Positions 17,844-27,186 of a stretch of 64,000 nt of DNA are shown piece by piece. This DNA comes from an uncultured Eubacteriales bacterium (GTDB taxonomy: Bacteria > Bacillota > Clostridia > Christensenellales > CAG-138). The number at the start of each line of letters is the position of its first letter. The first letter of the stretch is position 1. The notes below the pieces were generated by a model. That model did not search any database and was not told the origin of the DNA. It was given only the letters and a program-made list of their open reading frames with translations. The translations under genes and the position numbers were made by a program. Location: contig CACXMS010000002.1 of the NCBI GenBank assembly GCA_902768795.1, positions 29,871 through 93,870 on the forward strand. The letters are read 5' to 3'.

Positions 17844-20819
17844 TTATCCGATCAGGTACGGATACTTTTGCACGACCGTGTCGATCACGGCGCGCACGCC
17901 CTCCGGAAGCGCCGCAAGGTCTTCGACGCGTCTGACGGCGCCGTAAAGCCGCACCCAATACCCGCTTTTCGTCGGAAGGAAGCCGTCGTTTTCCGATCCG
18001 ATAAACTCCGCTTCGGTGGAGAAAAGCGTGAATTTTTCCTTGTACGGGCGGCTGTCGTACGGGCAGAAGACGAGGCAGTTGCCGCACTCGTTGCACATCC
18101 GGTCGACGTGCAAAATCTGCGGATGCGCAAAGCCGGGAACGTCGATCGCCACGTTTGCGCGGTTCGGGCAGACCTGCACGCAGCAGGCGCAGACCGTTCC
18201 GCAGGTTAAGCAGCGCGCCGCTTCGCCTTCGGCGTTCTGATAGTCGCAAAGAACGCCCTGCTTTTCATAGCAGCTCTGCTCCGAAGCGAACGCGTCCGCC
18301 CCGATTTCATAGGTATATTTTCCTACGATCGCTTCGGCGACCTTCGCCGCGTCCGCAATGCCCTCGACGACCGTCGCCGGTCCCCTTTGGCAATCGCCGA
18401 TCAGATAGACGTTTTTGCGTTCGGTTTCGAGGTTCGCGGAAACGATCGCCTTGCCGCGCTCGTTCACCGTTACGCCGTTTTCCGTCAGGTATTCGGTTTC
18501 AACCTTTTCTCCGACGGCGGCGATCAGCGTGTCGCACGGCAGCAGAATCAGTTCGCCGGTCGGCTCGGGACTGCGCCTGCCCGACGTGTCCGGCGCGCCG
18601 AGCCGCATCTGTTCGCAAAGCAGCGTCCCGTTTTCAAACGCTTTCGGCGCGAGCAGCTCCCAAAATTCCACGCCGTCCTCCTTGGCAAGCCGCAGCTCCT
18701 CCTCGTCCGCAGGCATATACCGCGCGGTGCGGCGGTACACGAGCATCGCGCGCTTCACACCCTTTTGCCGTGCCGCGACGCGCGCCGCGTCCATCGCGGT
18801 ATTGCCGCCGCCAATGACGATCACATTCTCGCCGATGCTGCCGAGCGTACCGTTTTTGGCCTGTTCGAGGAACGAAATGACGTTTCGCGCCTCGCCTTTT
18901 TCCAGCCGCATCCTGCCCTCGGCCCACGCGCCGATCGCGTAGACGACCTGCGAAAAGCCCGCGGCAAACAGCTCGTCTGCCTTCGGCGCGACGGTATTCG
19001 TTTTCACGTCAACGCCGAGCTTATAAAGCAGCGCCGCGTCTTTGTCGATCGCTTCGTCCCCGATGCGGAACGACGGGATCACGTACCGCACGACGCCGCC
19101 GAGCTTTTCGCGCTTTTCAAACAGCGTCACGGACGCGCCCTTTCTTACGAGGAAGTACGCCGCCGCCATGCCCGCCGGCCCGCCGCCGACCACGGCGACG
19201 CGAAGACCGTTCTGCTTTTCGGGCGGCGCAAGCGCCTTCAGAAGCGCGTCGTATCCGTTTTCCGCCGCCGTCAGCTTGGCCCGGCGGATGCGGATCGCTT
19301 CCTCATAGAAATTGCGCGTGCATTTTTCGGCGCAATGATGCGGGCAGATCGTCCCCGTGATAAACGGGAGCGGATTCTTTTCGGTGATCAGCCGCAGCGC
19401 TTCGCCGTACTTGCCCTGCCCGACGAGCGCAAGATACTGCGGAATGTCCTGCCCGATCGGACAGCCGTGCGTGCAGGGCGTCGTGAAGCAATCGAACAGC
19501 GGCACTTTTTCGGCGAGCTTGCGCTTCGGCAGCGGCTTGATCGGCTTGCGATTGCGCGCAGATCCCTGCGCCTCCCTTGCCAGGATCCCGACCTTGCCGA
19601 CCGAAACGCCGGTAAACGGACGGTACGGGAGCTTCTGAATCTGTTCGCCGAGCTGAACGAGCCGTCCGTAGCCGCCGGGCTTTAAGATCGTCGTCGCCAG
19701 CGTGACCGGCCAGATTCCCGCGTCAAACAGCGCGTCGATGTTGAACGCGTCGACGCCGCCCGAGAACGACAGCCGCAGTTTTCCGTCGAATTCCTCGCTG
19801 ATGCGCCGCGCCATTTCGATCGTCAGCGGATAGAGCGAGCGCCCGGACATATACATTTCGCTGCTCGGCAATTCGTTTCGCGTCACGTCCACGGGGAACG
19901 TGTTGGACAGCTTCAGGCCGAACTGCACGCCGTTTTCGGCGGCAAGCTTCAAAAGTCTTCGGAACATCGGAACCGCGTCGCCGTACTGCAGGTCCTCGTT
20001 GAAATGATGCTCGTCGAACGCAATGTAGTCGAACCCGAGCCCGTCGAGCGTTTTGCGCGCGGTCGCGTAGCCGAGGATCGTCGGGTTGCATTTGACGAAC
20101 GTATGCAGCTTCTTGACCGAAATCAGGTAGGAAGCGATCTTCTCGATCTCGGCGGGCGGGCATCCGTGCAGCGTGGAAAGCGTCGCCTGGCGGCAGACGC
20201 GCGGCTCGATCCCGCCGATGTACGCTTCGTCGATCCGCTCAAACCGCGAAAGGTTCGCCTGTGCCCACGCTTTGCATTCGGCCCAGATCGCGGTCGTATC
20301 CGCGTGCATCAGCCCTTCCAGGAAGGCGTCGATCTTCGGGGACGTGATGCCCGCAAAGTCATAGCCGACGCTCATGTTGAACACGAAGCCCCCGGGATCG
20401 CCCCAGCCGAATTCCTTCGTCAAGAGCTTCAGCATCCACCACGCCTTGATGTATTCGTCCATCGCCTGCGGCACGGTCAGCTCGGTCGACCATTCGCAGT
20501 TGTATCCCTCGTCCTCGGCGAGGATGCACGGCTTATTGATGCACTTTGACAGCTCCTCGCCGTCCATGATCTGCACGGTTTTCAGCTCGAAGAACCGCGC
20601 GCCGCCGTAATACGCGGCGACGATGTTCTGCGCGAGCTGCGTGTTCGGACCGGCCGCCGGGCCGAACGGCGTTTCGAGCCGTTCCCCGAACAGTTCCAGC
20701 ATCTTGCCCGGCGCGGGAACAAACCGTTTACGCACGCCGAAAACGGAGCCGCTCTGCCGCTCCGAAAGCACCCATTCCATCAGATTCCCAAAGGGAATCG
20801 GCGTCATAACGTCCGACAT
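17844..20819 (-). CDS. ygfK: YgfK-type oxidoreductase (DPD/DHOD-like barrel + GltD-like NAD(P)H/FAD module + 2x[4Fe-4S] ferredoxin)
   Basis: 991 aa with VAVVGGGPAGMAAAY, the Cys clusters CTHGCP...CPHHCAEKC, and C-terminal CLTCGTVCACCVQVCP...CNECGNCLVFCP. It sits between ssnA and the hydroxylase gene, as in E. coli ygfK-ssnA-ygfM-xdhD. Confidence 0.75.
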   Translation of the reverse strand: MSDVMTPIPFGNLMEWVLSERQSGSVFGVRKRFVPAPGKMLELFGERLETPFGPAAGPNTQLAQNIVAAYYGGARFFELKTVQIMDGEELSKCINKPCILAEDEGYNCEWSTELTVPQAMDEYIKAWWMLKLLTKEFGWGDPGGFVFNMSVGYDFAGITSPKIDAFLEGLMHADTTAIWAECKAWAQANLSRFERIDEAYIGGIEPRVCRQATLSTLHGCPPAEIEKIASYLISVKKLHTFVKCNPTILGYATARKTLDGLGFDYIAFDEHHFNEDLQYGDAVPMFRRLLKLAAENGVQFGLKLSNTFPVDVTRNELPSSEMYMSGRSLYPLTIEMARRISEEFDGKLRLSFSGGVDAFNIDALFDAGIWPVTLATTILKPGGYGRLVQLGEQIQKLPYRPFTGVSVGKVGILAREAQGSARNRKPIKPLPKRKLAEKVPLFDCFTTPCTHGCPIGQDIPQYLALVGQGKYGEALRLITEKNPLPFITGTICPHHCAEKCTRNFYEEAIRIRRAKLTAAENGYDALLKALAPPEKQNGLRVAVVGGGPAGMAAAYFLVRKGASVTLFEKREKLGGVVRYVIPSFRIGDEAIDKDAALLYKLGVDVKTNTVAPKADELFAAGFSQVVYAIGAWAEGRMRLEKGEARNVISFLEQAKNGTLGSIGENVIVIGGGNTAMDAARVAARQKGVKRAMLVYRRTARYMPADEEELRLAKEDGVEFWELLAPKAFENGTLLCEQMRLGAPDTSGRRSPEPTGELILLPCDTLIAAVGEKVETEYLTENGVTVNERGKAIVSANLETERKNVYLIGDCQRGPATVVEGIADAAKVAEAIVGKYTYEIGADAFASEQSCYEKQGVLCDYQNAEGEAARCLTCGTVCACCVQVCPNRANVAIDVPGFAHPQILHVDRMCNECGNCLVFCPYDSRPYKEKFTLFSTEAEFIGSENDGFLPTKSGYWVRLYGAVRRVEDLAALPEGVRAVIDTVVQKYPYLIG

Positions 20820-20829
20820 ATCTGCCTCC

Positions 20830-22158
20830 TTATGCGTTTACGGCCGACCAGAGCTTCTTTGCGCTTTCGCGGCACTTTGCCATCAGTTCCTTTTCGTCGC
20901 ACACGAGCACCTCGCGGTCCTTCATCAGCACCCTGCCGTTGCACACCGTCGTGACGACGCTTCTGCCGTTCATGCCGAACAGGATGTGCGAGTTCGCGTT
21001 CGCGCCGTCCATCGGCGTCAGCGGATCGTAATCCGTCACGATCACGTCGGCATACGCGCCGGGTTTCAGCACGCCGAGCGGCGCGTGAAAATACCGCCCC
21101 GCGATTTCGGCGTTGCCGGAAAACAGCATCTCGGGGATTTCGCCCCAGGCGACGGTCGGATCGCACAGGTGGTGCTTATGGATGATGTTGCCGACCTTAT
21201 AGCTTTCGAGCATATCGTTCGTGTAGCCGTCGGTACCGAGACCGAGCAAAAGCCCGCGCTGCTTCATCTGAATGACCGCGCCGCAGCCGACCGCGTTGCC
21301 CATGTTCGACTCGGGATTGTGGACGACCGCGGTTCCGGTCTCCCGCAGCAAATCCATCTCGGCGCGGTTGATGTGAACGCAATGCACCGCGAGCGACCTG
21401 TTCCCGAGCACGCCCGCGTCGTAGAACCGCTCGATGATGCGCTTGCCGTAGGTATGCAGCGAATGGGCAAGATCCGCCGGGCCTTCGGCGCAGTGTACGT
21501 GGAACCCGGCCTCTTTGCCGCCGGCCGCGAGACATTCCTCGAGCGTCTTTTCCGAGCAGGTGAACGAAGCGTGCAGGCCCATCATGCCCTTGAGCATATC
21601 GCTTTCGTCCTTTGCCGCCCGCCGGATGAACCGCTCGTTTTCGCGGATCGACTGCACCCGCTTTTCTTCGCCGTCGCGGTCGCTGACCTCATAGCAAAGC
21701 GAGGTGCGAACGCCGAGCTTCGTCGCGGCTTCGGCGATTTCGTCGAGCGAATCGGGAATATCGAAAAAGCTCGCGTGGTGGTCGAACACCGTCGTTACGC
21801 CGTTTTTGATGCAGTCGACGTACACCGCGTAGGCCGAAAGCCGGTCGTTCTCCTTCGTCAGGCAGCGGTCGATCTTCCACCACATGCCCTCGAGAATGTC
21901 CGTAAAATTCTTCGGCGCATAGCCGCGGATCGAAAGTCCGCGCGCGAACGCGCTGTAAATATGGTTGTGCATGTTGATCAGACCCGGCATGATCACGCCG
22001 CCGTGCGCGTCGACGACCTCCGCGTCGGGGTACTTTGCCGCCATTTTTGCCGCGTCGCCGACCTCCCGGATGAACCTGCCGTCGATCACGACCGCGCCGT
22101 TTTCGTAAAACTCCGTGCCGACCCTCGTCAGCAGTCTGCCGTTTGTGATCCGAATCAT
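20830..22158 (-). CDS. ssnA: SsnA-type amidohydrolase (putative aminohydrolase)
   Basis: PGLINMHNHIYSA metal-binding motif and ...HCVH...GLGTDG. The ATG at 22158 follows the SD AAGGAG. The listed GTG at 22179 is an extension. Confidence 0.75.
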   Translation of the reverse strand: MIRITNGRLLTRVGTEFYENGAVVIDGRFIREVGDAAKMAAKYPDAEVVDAHGGVIMPGLINMHNHIYSAFARGLSIRGYAPKNFTDILEGMWWKIDRCLTKENDRLSAYAVYVDCIKNGVTTVFDHHASFFDIPDSLDEIAEAATKLGVRTSLCYEVSDRDGEEKRVQSIRENERFIRRAAKDESDMLKGMMGLHASFTCSEKTLEECLAAGGKEAGFHVHCAEGPADLAHSLHTYGKRIIERFYDAGVLGNRSLAVHCVHINRAEMDLLRETGTAVVHNPESNMGNAVGCGAVIQMKQRGLLLGLGTDGYTNDMLESYKVGNIIHKHHLCDPTVAWGEIPEMLFSGNAEIAGRYFHAPLGVLKPGAYADVIVTDYDPLTPMDGANANSHILFGMNGRSVVTTVCNGRVLMKDREVLVCDEKELMAKCRESAKKLWSAVNA

Positions 22159-22248
22159 ACGCCTTGCTCCTTTACGCACAGTTTACAATTTTATTATAGC
22201 GGATTGTTCGGGTTTACGCAAGAGAACGCCGTGCAATTTTGAAAAGGG

Positions 22249-22277
22249 TTGCAAAAAAATTTTCAGTATTGTATGAT
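22249..22277 (+). promoter_or_regulatory. Sigma-70-type promoter for the PLP-enzyme gene
   Basis: TTGCAA (22249-22254), 17-nt spacer, TATGAT (22272-22277). Confidence 0.5.
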
Positions 22278-22308
22278 GGAGAAAGAAAAAGGATGTGGGA
22301 GGAATTCA

Positions 22309-23544
22309 ATGAAACGCATTTTCGGGTATCGCTGCACGCTTTGCGGCAAGGAATATCCCTACGGACCGGAATTGATGACCTGCCCGTCGTGCGGGGAGAA
22401 GGGCATCCTGGACATCGTGTTTGATTACGCGGAGGTCAAAAAGGAGCTGAGCCGCGCATCGCTCGCATCGGATCGGGATAACAGCATGTGGCGCTATAAA
22501 GCGCTGATGCCGTTAAACGGCGAAGGGCTTTCGAAGTTTTTGCGGATCGGCTGGACGCCGCTGTATGAATCGCTGCGGCTCGGAAAGCAGCTCGGCCTCA
22601 AAAAGCTGTACATCAAGGACGACGGCATCAACCCGACCGCGTCCCTGAAGGACCGCGCGAGCGGCGTCGCGGTGGCAAAGGCGCTCGAGCTCGGGTACGG
22701 CACGATCTGCTGCTCCTCGACGGGCAACGCCGCGTCCTCCTGCGCGGGCAACGCGGCGCGCATGGGACTGAAAACCGTAATCTTCGTGCCGGAGCGCGCG
22801 CCGAAAGGGAAGGTCGCGCAGCTTCTGATCTTCGGCGCGAACGTGATTTCGGTGCGCGGCGACTACCGGCAGACGTTCGAGCTAAGCAAAGCCGCGATCG
22901 AAAAATGGGGGTTCTACAACCGGAACGCCGGCATCAACCCGATCCTGACCGAGGGCAAAAAGACCGTCGCGCTCGAGATCGCGGAGCAGCTGAACTTTGA
23001 GCCGACCGACTGGGTGGCGGTGTCCGTGGGCGACGGCTGCACGATCGGCGGCGTTTACAACGGCTTCCGGGATTTCTATGAGATGGGGCTGATCGACCGG
23101 ATCCCGAAGATTCTCGGCGTGCAGTCGACGGGCTGCTGCCCGTTTGTCGACGCGGCGAACAACCATCGCGACCTCGTCCCGACGCCCGAAAACACGATTG
23201 CGGACAGCATCGCGGTCGGCGTGCCGCGCAACCCGAAAAAGGCGCTGCGCGCGGTCGCAAACAGCGGCGGGCGCTGGATCGCGGTGACTGACGACGAGAT
23301 CCTTGCGGCGATGCGGCTTTTGGGCCGGACCGAGGGCGTGTTCGGCGAACCGGCCGGCGTCACGGCGACCGCGGGCGTCAAGCGCGCGGTCGAGGAGGGG
23401 ATCATCCGTCCGGACGAAACCGTGACCGTCATCTCGACCGGTTCCGGCCTCAAGGACGTGAACAACGCGCTCCGCGCCGCGGGCGAGCCATTCCTCTGCG
23501 AGCCGGACATCCGCGTGCTCGAAGCGAGCGGAAGGATCGGGTAA
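22309..23544 (+). CDS. Threonine-synthase-like PLP-dependent enzyme with an N-terminal zinc ribbon
   Basis: MKRIFGYRCTLCGKEY...CPSCGEKG, then the PLP-lysine motif NPTASLKDRAS. The ATG at 22309 follows the SD GGGAGG. Confidence 0.75.
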   Translation: MKRIFGYRCTLCGKEYPYGPELMTCPSCGEKGILDIVFDYAEVKKELSRASLASDRDNSMWRYKALMPLNGEGLSKFLRIGWTPLYESLRLGKQLGLKKLYIKDDGINPTASLKDRASGVAVAKALELGYGTICCSSTGNAASSCAGNAARMGLKTVIFVPERAPKGKVAQLLIFGANVISVRGDYRQTFELSKAAIEKWGFYNRNAGINPILTEGKKTVALEIAEQLNFEPTDWVAVSVGDGCTIGGVYNGFRDFYEMGLIDRIPKILGVQSTGCCPFVDAANNHRDLVPTPENTIADSIAVGVPRNPKKALRAVANSGGRWIAVTDDEILAAMRLLGRTEGVFGEPAGVTATAGVKRAVEEGIIRPDETVTVISTGSGLKDVNNALRAAGEPFLCEPDIRVLEASGRIG

Positions 23545-23554
23545 AAAGCAGAAT

Positions 23555-23695
23555 ACAAAGGGACTGCTGAAAAGTCTCTCCTGTCATTTGGAGAAGCGTT
23601 GCGTCGAAGAATCTCTGAACGAAAACGGATGCTTGCCGTCTGAGATTTCTTGCGTTCGCTTCGGAATGACACGAACTTTTTCAGCAGTCCCTTGT
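23555..23695. repeat. Nested imperfect palindrome of about 141 bp (REP-like intergenic element) between convergent genes
   Basis: Outer arms: GGGACTGCTGAAAAGT (23560-23575) against ACTTTTTCAGCAGTCCC (23675-23691). Inner pairs: TGTCATT/AATGACA and AAGAATCTC/GAGATTTCTT. Confidence 0.8.
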
Positions 23696-23710
23696 CTGTT
23701 TTTTCAACGA

Positions 23711-24532
23711 TTATTTCAGATTCCAGGATGCTTCCAACAGTTTCTTTGTTACTCTGCTCTCAACTTCCAGAAAATAAAGCGTTTCCGCATCCGTTAAATC
23801 GCTTTCTTTGATTTTTTCCCATTTTTCATTCATTTCTGCCACTTTCCCGATCAGTTTAGCATATTCGAGCAGCATCTTTGAATCTGTTGAATCATAACTA
23901 TTCATGAAAGAAATATACTGGTTATAGAATTCCTCATAGCTGTCGATCGCTTTCTTTATGTCCGGACGAATCGTGCTCGGCAAAAGACTTTCTGCCGTCG
24001 GTTTCGGCGTGGCAGTCGGCTTCGGCGTTTTCGTGGGCTTCGGCGTAACCTGCTCTGAAGGCGCTTCCGCAATCAGGTTTTCGGACGGTTCTTCCGTTTC
24101 ATAAACCGGCAATTCGACGGATTTTCCTATGGGCGCGCCGGTTTTCACCGTCTGACGGGAGGAAACGGCGTCGCTCACTTTGCTCCAGATAAACAAAACC
24201 GTAATAACCGATCCGATAATCAGCGCTGCAATCGTAAGCCCGTGCCGCTTCTTTTTGAAAATGATCAGATCCAATATCGCCAGCACAACGCCGACCGGCG
24301 CTCCGATGATCGTCAAAGAGCATACAAACGCTGCAATCCCCAGACCTGACGGTTTTGCCTTTTCCGGCGCTTTTTTCTCCTCGCCCGTATTTGGCTGTGC
24401 GGGCGGCTGCGGCGCCGGGTTCTCCTGCTGCTTCGTCTCCGCCGGAGTTTCCTGCAAAACCGGCGCGCCGCACTCCGTGCAGAATTTTACGGTGTCGTTC
24501 AGTTGTGCTCCGCAATTCGGACAATACTTCAT
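23711..24532 (-). CDS. Zinc-ribbon membrane protein (N-terminal Zn ribbon, 2 TM helices, Pro/Thr/Lys linker, helical C-terminal domain)
   Basis: The ATG at 24532 follows the SD GAGGAGGGAAAGG. The protein starts MKYCPNCGAQLNDTVKFCTECGAP. The listed start at 24784 would run through the divergent promoter region. Confidence 0.7.
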   Translation of the reverse strand: MKYCPNCGAQLNDTVKFCTECGAPVLQETPAETKQQENPAPQPPAQPNTGEEKKAPEKAKPSGLGIAAFVCSLTIIGAPVGVVLAILDLIIFKKKRHGLTIAALIIGSVITVLFIWSKVSDAVSSRQTVKTGAPIGKSVELPVYETEEPSENLIAEAPSEQVTPKPTKTPKPTATPKPTAESLLPSTIRPDIKKAIDSYEEFYNQYISFMNSYDSTDSKMLLEYAKLIGKVAEMNEKWEKIKESDLTDAETLYFLEVESRVTKKLLEASWNLK

Positions 24533-24673
24533 TTCCTTTCCCTCCTCAAGCGAACAGGATTTTTCGATGCCCCGTTCTTTGAAAAGATTATAAAGCATGT
24601 TTCTAATAAAGTCAATTATATTTGATGTATCAAATAAACCATAGTTGATATACTTTAAAAAAAGGGTGATGCT

Positions 24674-25012
24674 ATGGCAACGACAAAATTCCATTGGGAT
24701 ATGGGCGAACGAATCGCGCAGCGGCGAAAAGCGGCGGGGCTGACGCAGGAACAGCTTGCGGAGAGAATCGACGTTTCCACGCAAACGATCTCCTATATCG
24801 AGACCGGGCGCAATGCGATCCGGCCCGAGAATCTCGCCAAGCTCTGCGAAGCGCTGGACGTCAGCGCGGATTTCATTTTATTCGGGCGGCCGTCTCCCGC
24901 GGAAACCAACCGGATCGCTAAGAAGCTCGAAGGGCTTGACGCAAAGGAAACAGAAGCCGTTGAAGCGATTCTCGACAAGTGCCTGCTTCTCGCTGGAAAG
25001 CCGGTAACATAA
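24674..25012 (+). CDS. XRE-family helix-turn-helix transcriptional regulator
   Basis: GERIAQRRKAAGLTQEQLAERIDVSTQTISYIETGRNAIRPENLAKLCEAL is a classic HTH_3 (Cro/C1) pattern. Confidence 0.85.
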   Translation: MATTKFHWDMGERIAQRRKAAGLTQEQLAERIDVSTQTISYIETGRNAIRPENLAKLCEALDVSADFILFGRPSPAETNRIAKKLEGLDAKETEAVEAILDKCLLLAGKPVT

Positions 25013-25020
25013 CAAATGAC

Positions 25021-25055
25021 AGACCGTTCGGGATTGATGTCCCGAACGGTCTTTT
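25021..25055 (+). terminator. Intrinsic terminator after the XRE regulator gene
   Basis: GACCGTTCGGGA (25021-25032) pairs with TCCCGAACGGTC (25039-25050). TTTTT follows. Confidence 0.85.
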
Positions 25056-25084
25056 TCCGCCGCCCGGGAGCGGAGCGGTTTTTC

Positions 25085-25113
25085 TTGCATTCCCGCAACA
25101 AATACGCTATACT
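25085..25113 (+). promoter_or_regulatory. Sigma-70-type promoter for the KtrB-like gene
   Basis: TTGCAT (25085-25090), 17-nt spacer, TATACT (25108-25113). This leaves a short 5' UTR. Confidence 0.55.
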
Positions 25114-25146
25114 GTTCTCAAATTCCATCGGGTTTTTCGGTGCGGT

Positions 25147-26520
25147 ATGAAACGAATCGGTATCGGAAAAAAGCATCTGTCCTGGACGTCGGCACAGATC
25201 ATTCCGCTCGGCTTTCTTCTTTTGATTGCCGTCGGAACGGTCTTGCTGCTGCTGCCTGCCGCAACGGCTGCGGGCGAACGGACTTCGCTTCTGACGGCAC
25301 TGTTTACCTCGACCACATCGGTCTGTGTGACCGGACTGGTCGTCGTGGACACCTATGCGCACTGGTCGCTGTTCGGACAGATCGTGATCCTGCTGCTGAT
25401 CCAGCTCGGCGGGATCGGCGTGATCGCAGTTTCTTCGTCCGTTCTGCTGATGCTCCGGAGACGGCTGTCCATCAAGGATCGCGTTCTGTTGCGCGACGCG
25501 TTCAACCTGGATTCCGTCACGGGAATGATCTCTTTTCTCCGCTCGGTATTGATCGGCGTTTTTTCGGTGGAAGGCGTCGGCGCTTTTCTCTATGCGTTTG
25601 CTTTCGTTCCGCGGTTCGGCTGGGCAAAGGGGATCTGGTATTCGGTTTTCCATTCAATCTCGGCGTTCTGCAACGCGGGCATCGATATTCTCGGTCCGGA
25701 CAGTCTGGCCGCTTACGCTTCCGATCCGCTGGTGCTTCTTGTCACCGCCGCCCTGATCGTGATCGGCGGACTCGGGTTTATCGTCTGGTTTGATCTGGCG
25801 GCGCTCGGAAAACGCGCGCTGACGAAAAAGCACGCGTCCGTCCGGCTTTCCGGGCACACCGTACTCGTTCTGCTTCTGACGGGGGGGTTGATCCTTCTGG
25901 GAGGCTTCCTTGTTTTTCTTTCCGAGTTCCGCAATCCCAAAACGATCGGAAACATGCCCCTTTGGCAGCAGATTCTGAACAGTCTGTTTCAGTCCGTCAC
26001 CCTGCGAACCGCCGGCTTTTCGGCGATCCCGCAGGGCGATCTGAACGGCGCTTCCGTTCTCGTCGGATGTCTTTTAATGTTCATCGGCGGATCCCCGATG
26101 GGAACCGCCGGCGGCGTAAAGACGGTAACGGTCTTTCTTCTGATCGTCAACGCCGGTTCGTTTATCCGCAATCGCCGGGAAACGCTGGTTTTTCACCGGC
26201 ACGTTTCCGCAGCGCTGATCCGGAAAGCAACCGCTGTGATTCTGATCAGCGGATCGCTGTGCCTGGTGATGAGCACGGCGCTGCTGCTGATTGAACCGCT
26301 TCCGTTTGCCGATATTCTCTACGAAGTGTTCAGCGCAACCGGAACGGTCGGTCTTTCCCGCGGGGTTACAACCGCTCTGTCGCCCCTCGGTCGGCTTCTC
26401 ATCATCATTTGTATGTATTTGGGCAGGATCGGTCCTGTTTCTTTGGCGTTGTTCTTCGGCGCGGACGACTCCGCGAAAAACGAGATCCACCATGCGAACG
26501 GCCGTTTTTTTGTCGGATAA
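25147..26520 (+). CDS. ktrB: TrkH/KtrB-family K+ transporter membrane subunit
   Basis: 457 aa, polytopic, with repeated selectivity-filter-like segments (CVTGL, NAGIDILG, RTAGFS, GTVGLS). The ATG at 25147 is preferred over the listed upstream start. Confidence 0.8.
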   Translation: MKRIGIGKKHLSWTSAQIIPLGFLLLIAVGTVLLLLPAATAAGERTSLLTALFTSTTSVCVTGLVVVDTYAHWSLFGQIVILLLIQLGGIGVIAVSSSVLLMLRRRLSIKDRVLLRDAFNLDSVTGMISFLRSVLIGVFSVEGVGAFLYAFAFVPRFGWAKGIWYSVFHSISAFCNAGIDILGPDSLAAYASDPLVLLVTAALIVIGGLGFIVWFDLAALGKRALTKKHASVRLSGHTVLVLLLTGGLILLGGFLVFLSEFRNPKTIGNMPLWQQILNSLFQSVTLRTAGFSAIPQGDLNGASVLVGCLLMFIGGSPMGTAGGVKTVTVFLLIVNAGSFIRNRRETLVFHRHVSAALIRKATAVILISGSLCLVMSTALLLIEPLPFADILYEVFSATGTVGLSRGVTTALSPLGRLLIIICMYLGRIGPVSLALFFGADDSAKNEIHHANGRFFVG

Positions 26521-26530
26521 GGAGGAAACA

Positions 26531-27178
26531 ATGCGAAAATCGATTGCAATTTTGGGGATGGGGCGGTTCGGACAGTTCCTGACCAAAGAACTCAGCGAAA
26601 AAAACACGGATGTGCTGATCGCCGACAGCGATTCGCGCATCATCAATCAGTATGCCCCGTTGGTCAGCAACGCGGTGATCGTGGATCTGACGGACCCGGA
26701 TGCGATCCGAAACATCGGTCTTTCCAATATTGACGTCGCCGTCGTCGCCATGGGCAGCAGCATTGAAGCCAGCATCATGTGCGTGATGGTCGCAAAGGAG
26801 CTCGGCATTCCGCACGTGATCGCCAAGGCTGCCTCCGAGCGGATGGGCGATATTCTGAAGCGCGTCGGCGCGGATGAGATCATCTATCCCGAAAAGGAAA
26901 GCGCCACGCAGACGGCGCGAAAACTGATGTCGCAAAACCTGCTGGAGTATTATCCGCTCGGCGACAATCTGTGCCTCGTCAATATCGTTCCGCGCACCGA
27001 ATGGCTCGGAAAAACCCTGCGCGAACTGCGGCTTCGGAACCGCTATCACATCAACGTCGTTGCGATCCGGAAACGCGGCGACACGAACGCGCGGATCGAT
27101 CCCGAACTGACGCTGACGCCCGAAACGGAGCTGATCGTCATTGCCGAGCCGAAGGACCTTTCCCATCTGACCGATTGA
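26531..27178 (+). CDS. ktrA: TrkA/KtrA-family K+ uptake regulatory subunit (single RCK_N + RCK_C)
   Basis: MRKSIAILGMGRFGQFL Rossmann motif. 215 aa. The ATG follows the SD GGAGGA, 10 nt after the ktrB-like stop. Confidence 0.8.
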   Translation: MRKSIAILGMGRFGQFLTKELSEKNTDVLIADSDSRIINQYAPLVSNAVIVDLTDPDAIRNIGLSNIDVAVVAMGSSIEASIMCVMVAKELGIPHVIAKAASERMGDILKRVGADEIIYPEKESATQTARKLMSQNLLEYYPLGDNLCLVNIVPRTEWLGKTLRELRLRNRYHINVVAIRKRGDTNARIDPELTLTPETELIVIAEPKDLSHLTD

Positions 27179-27186
27179 TTCTATAT

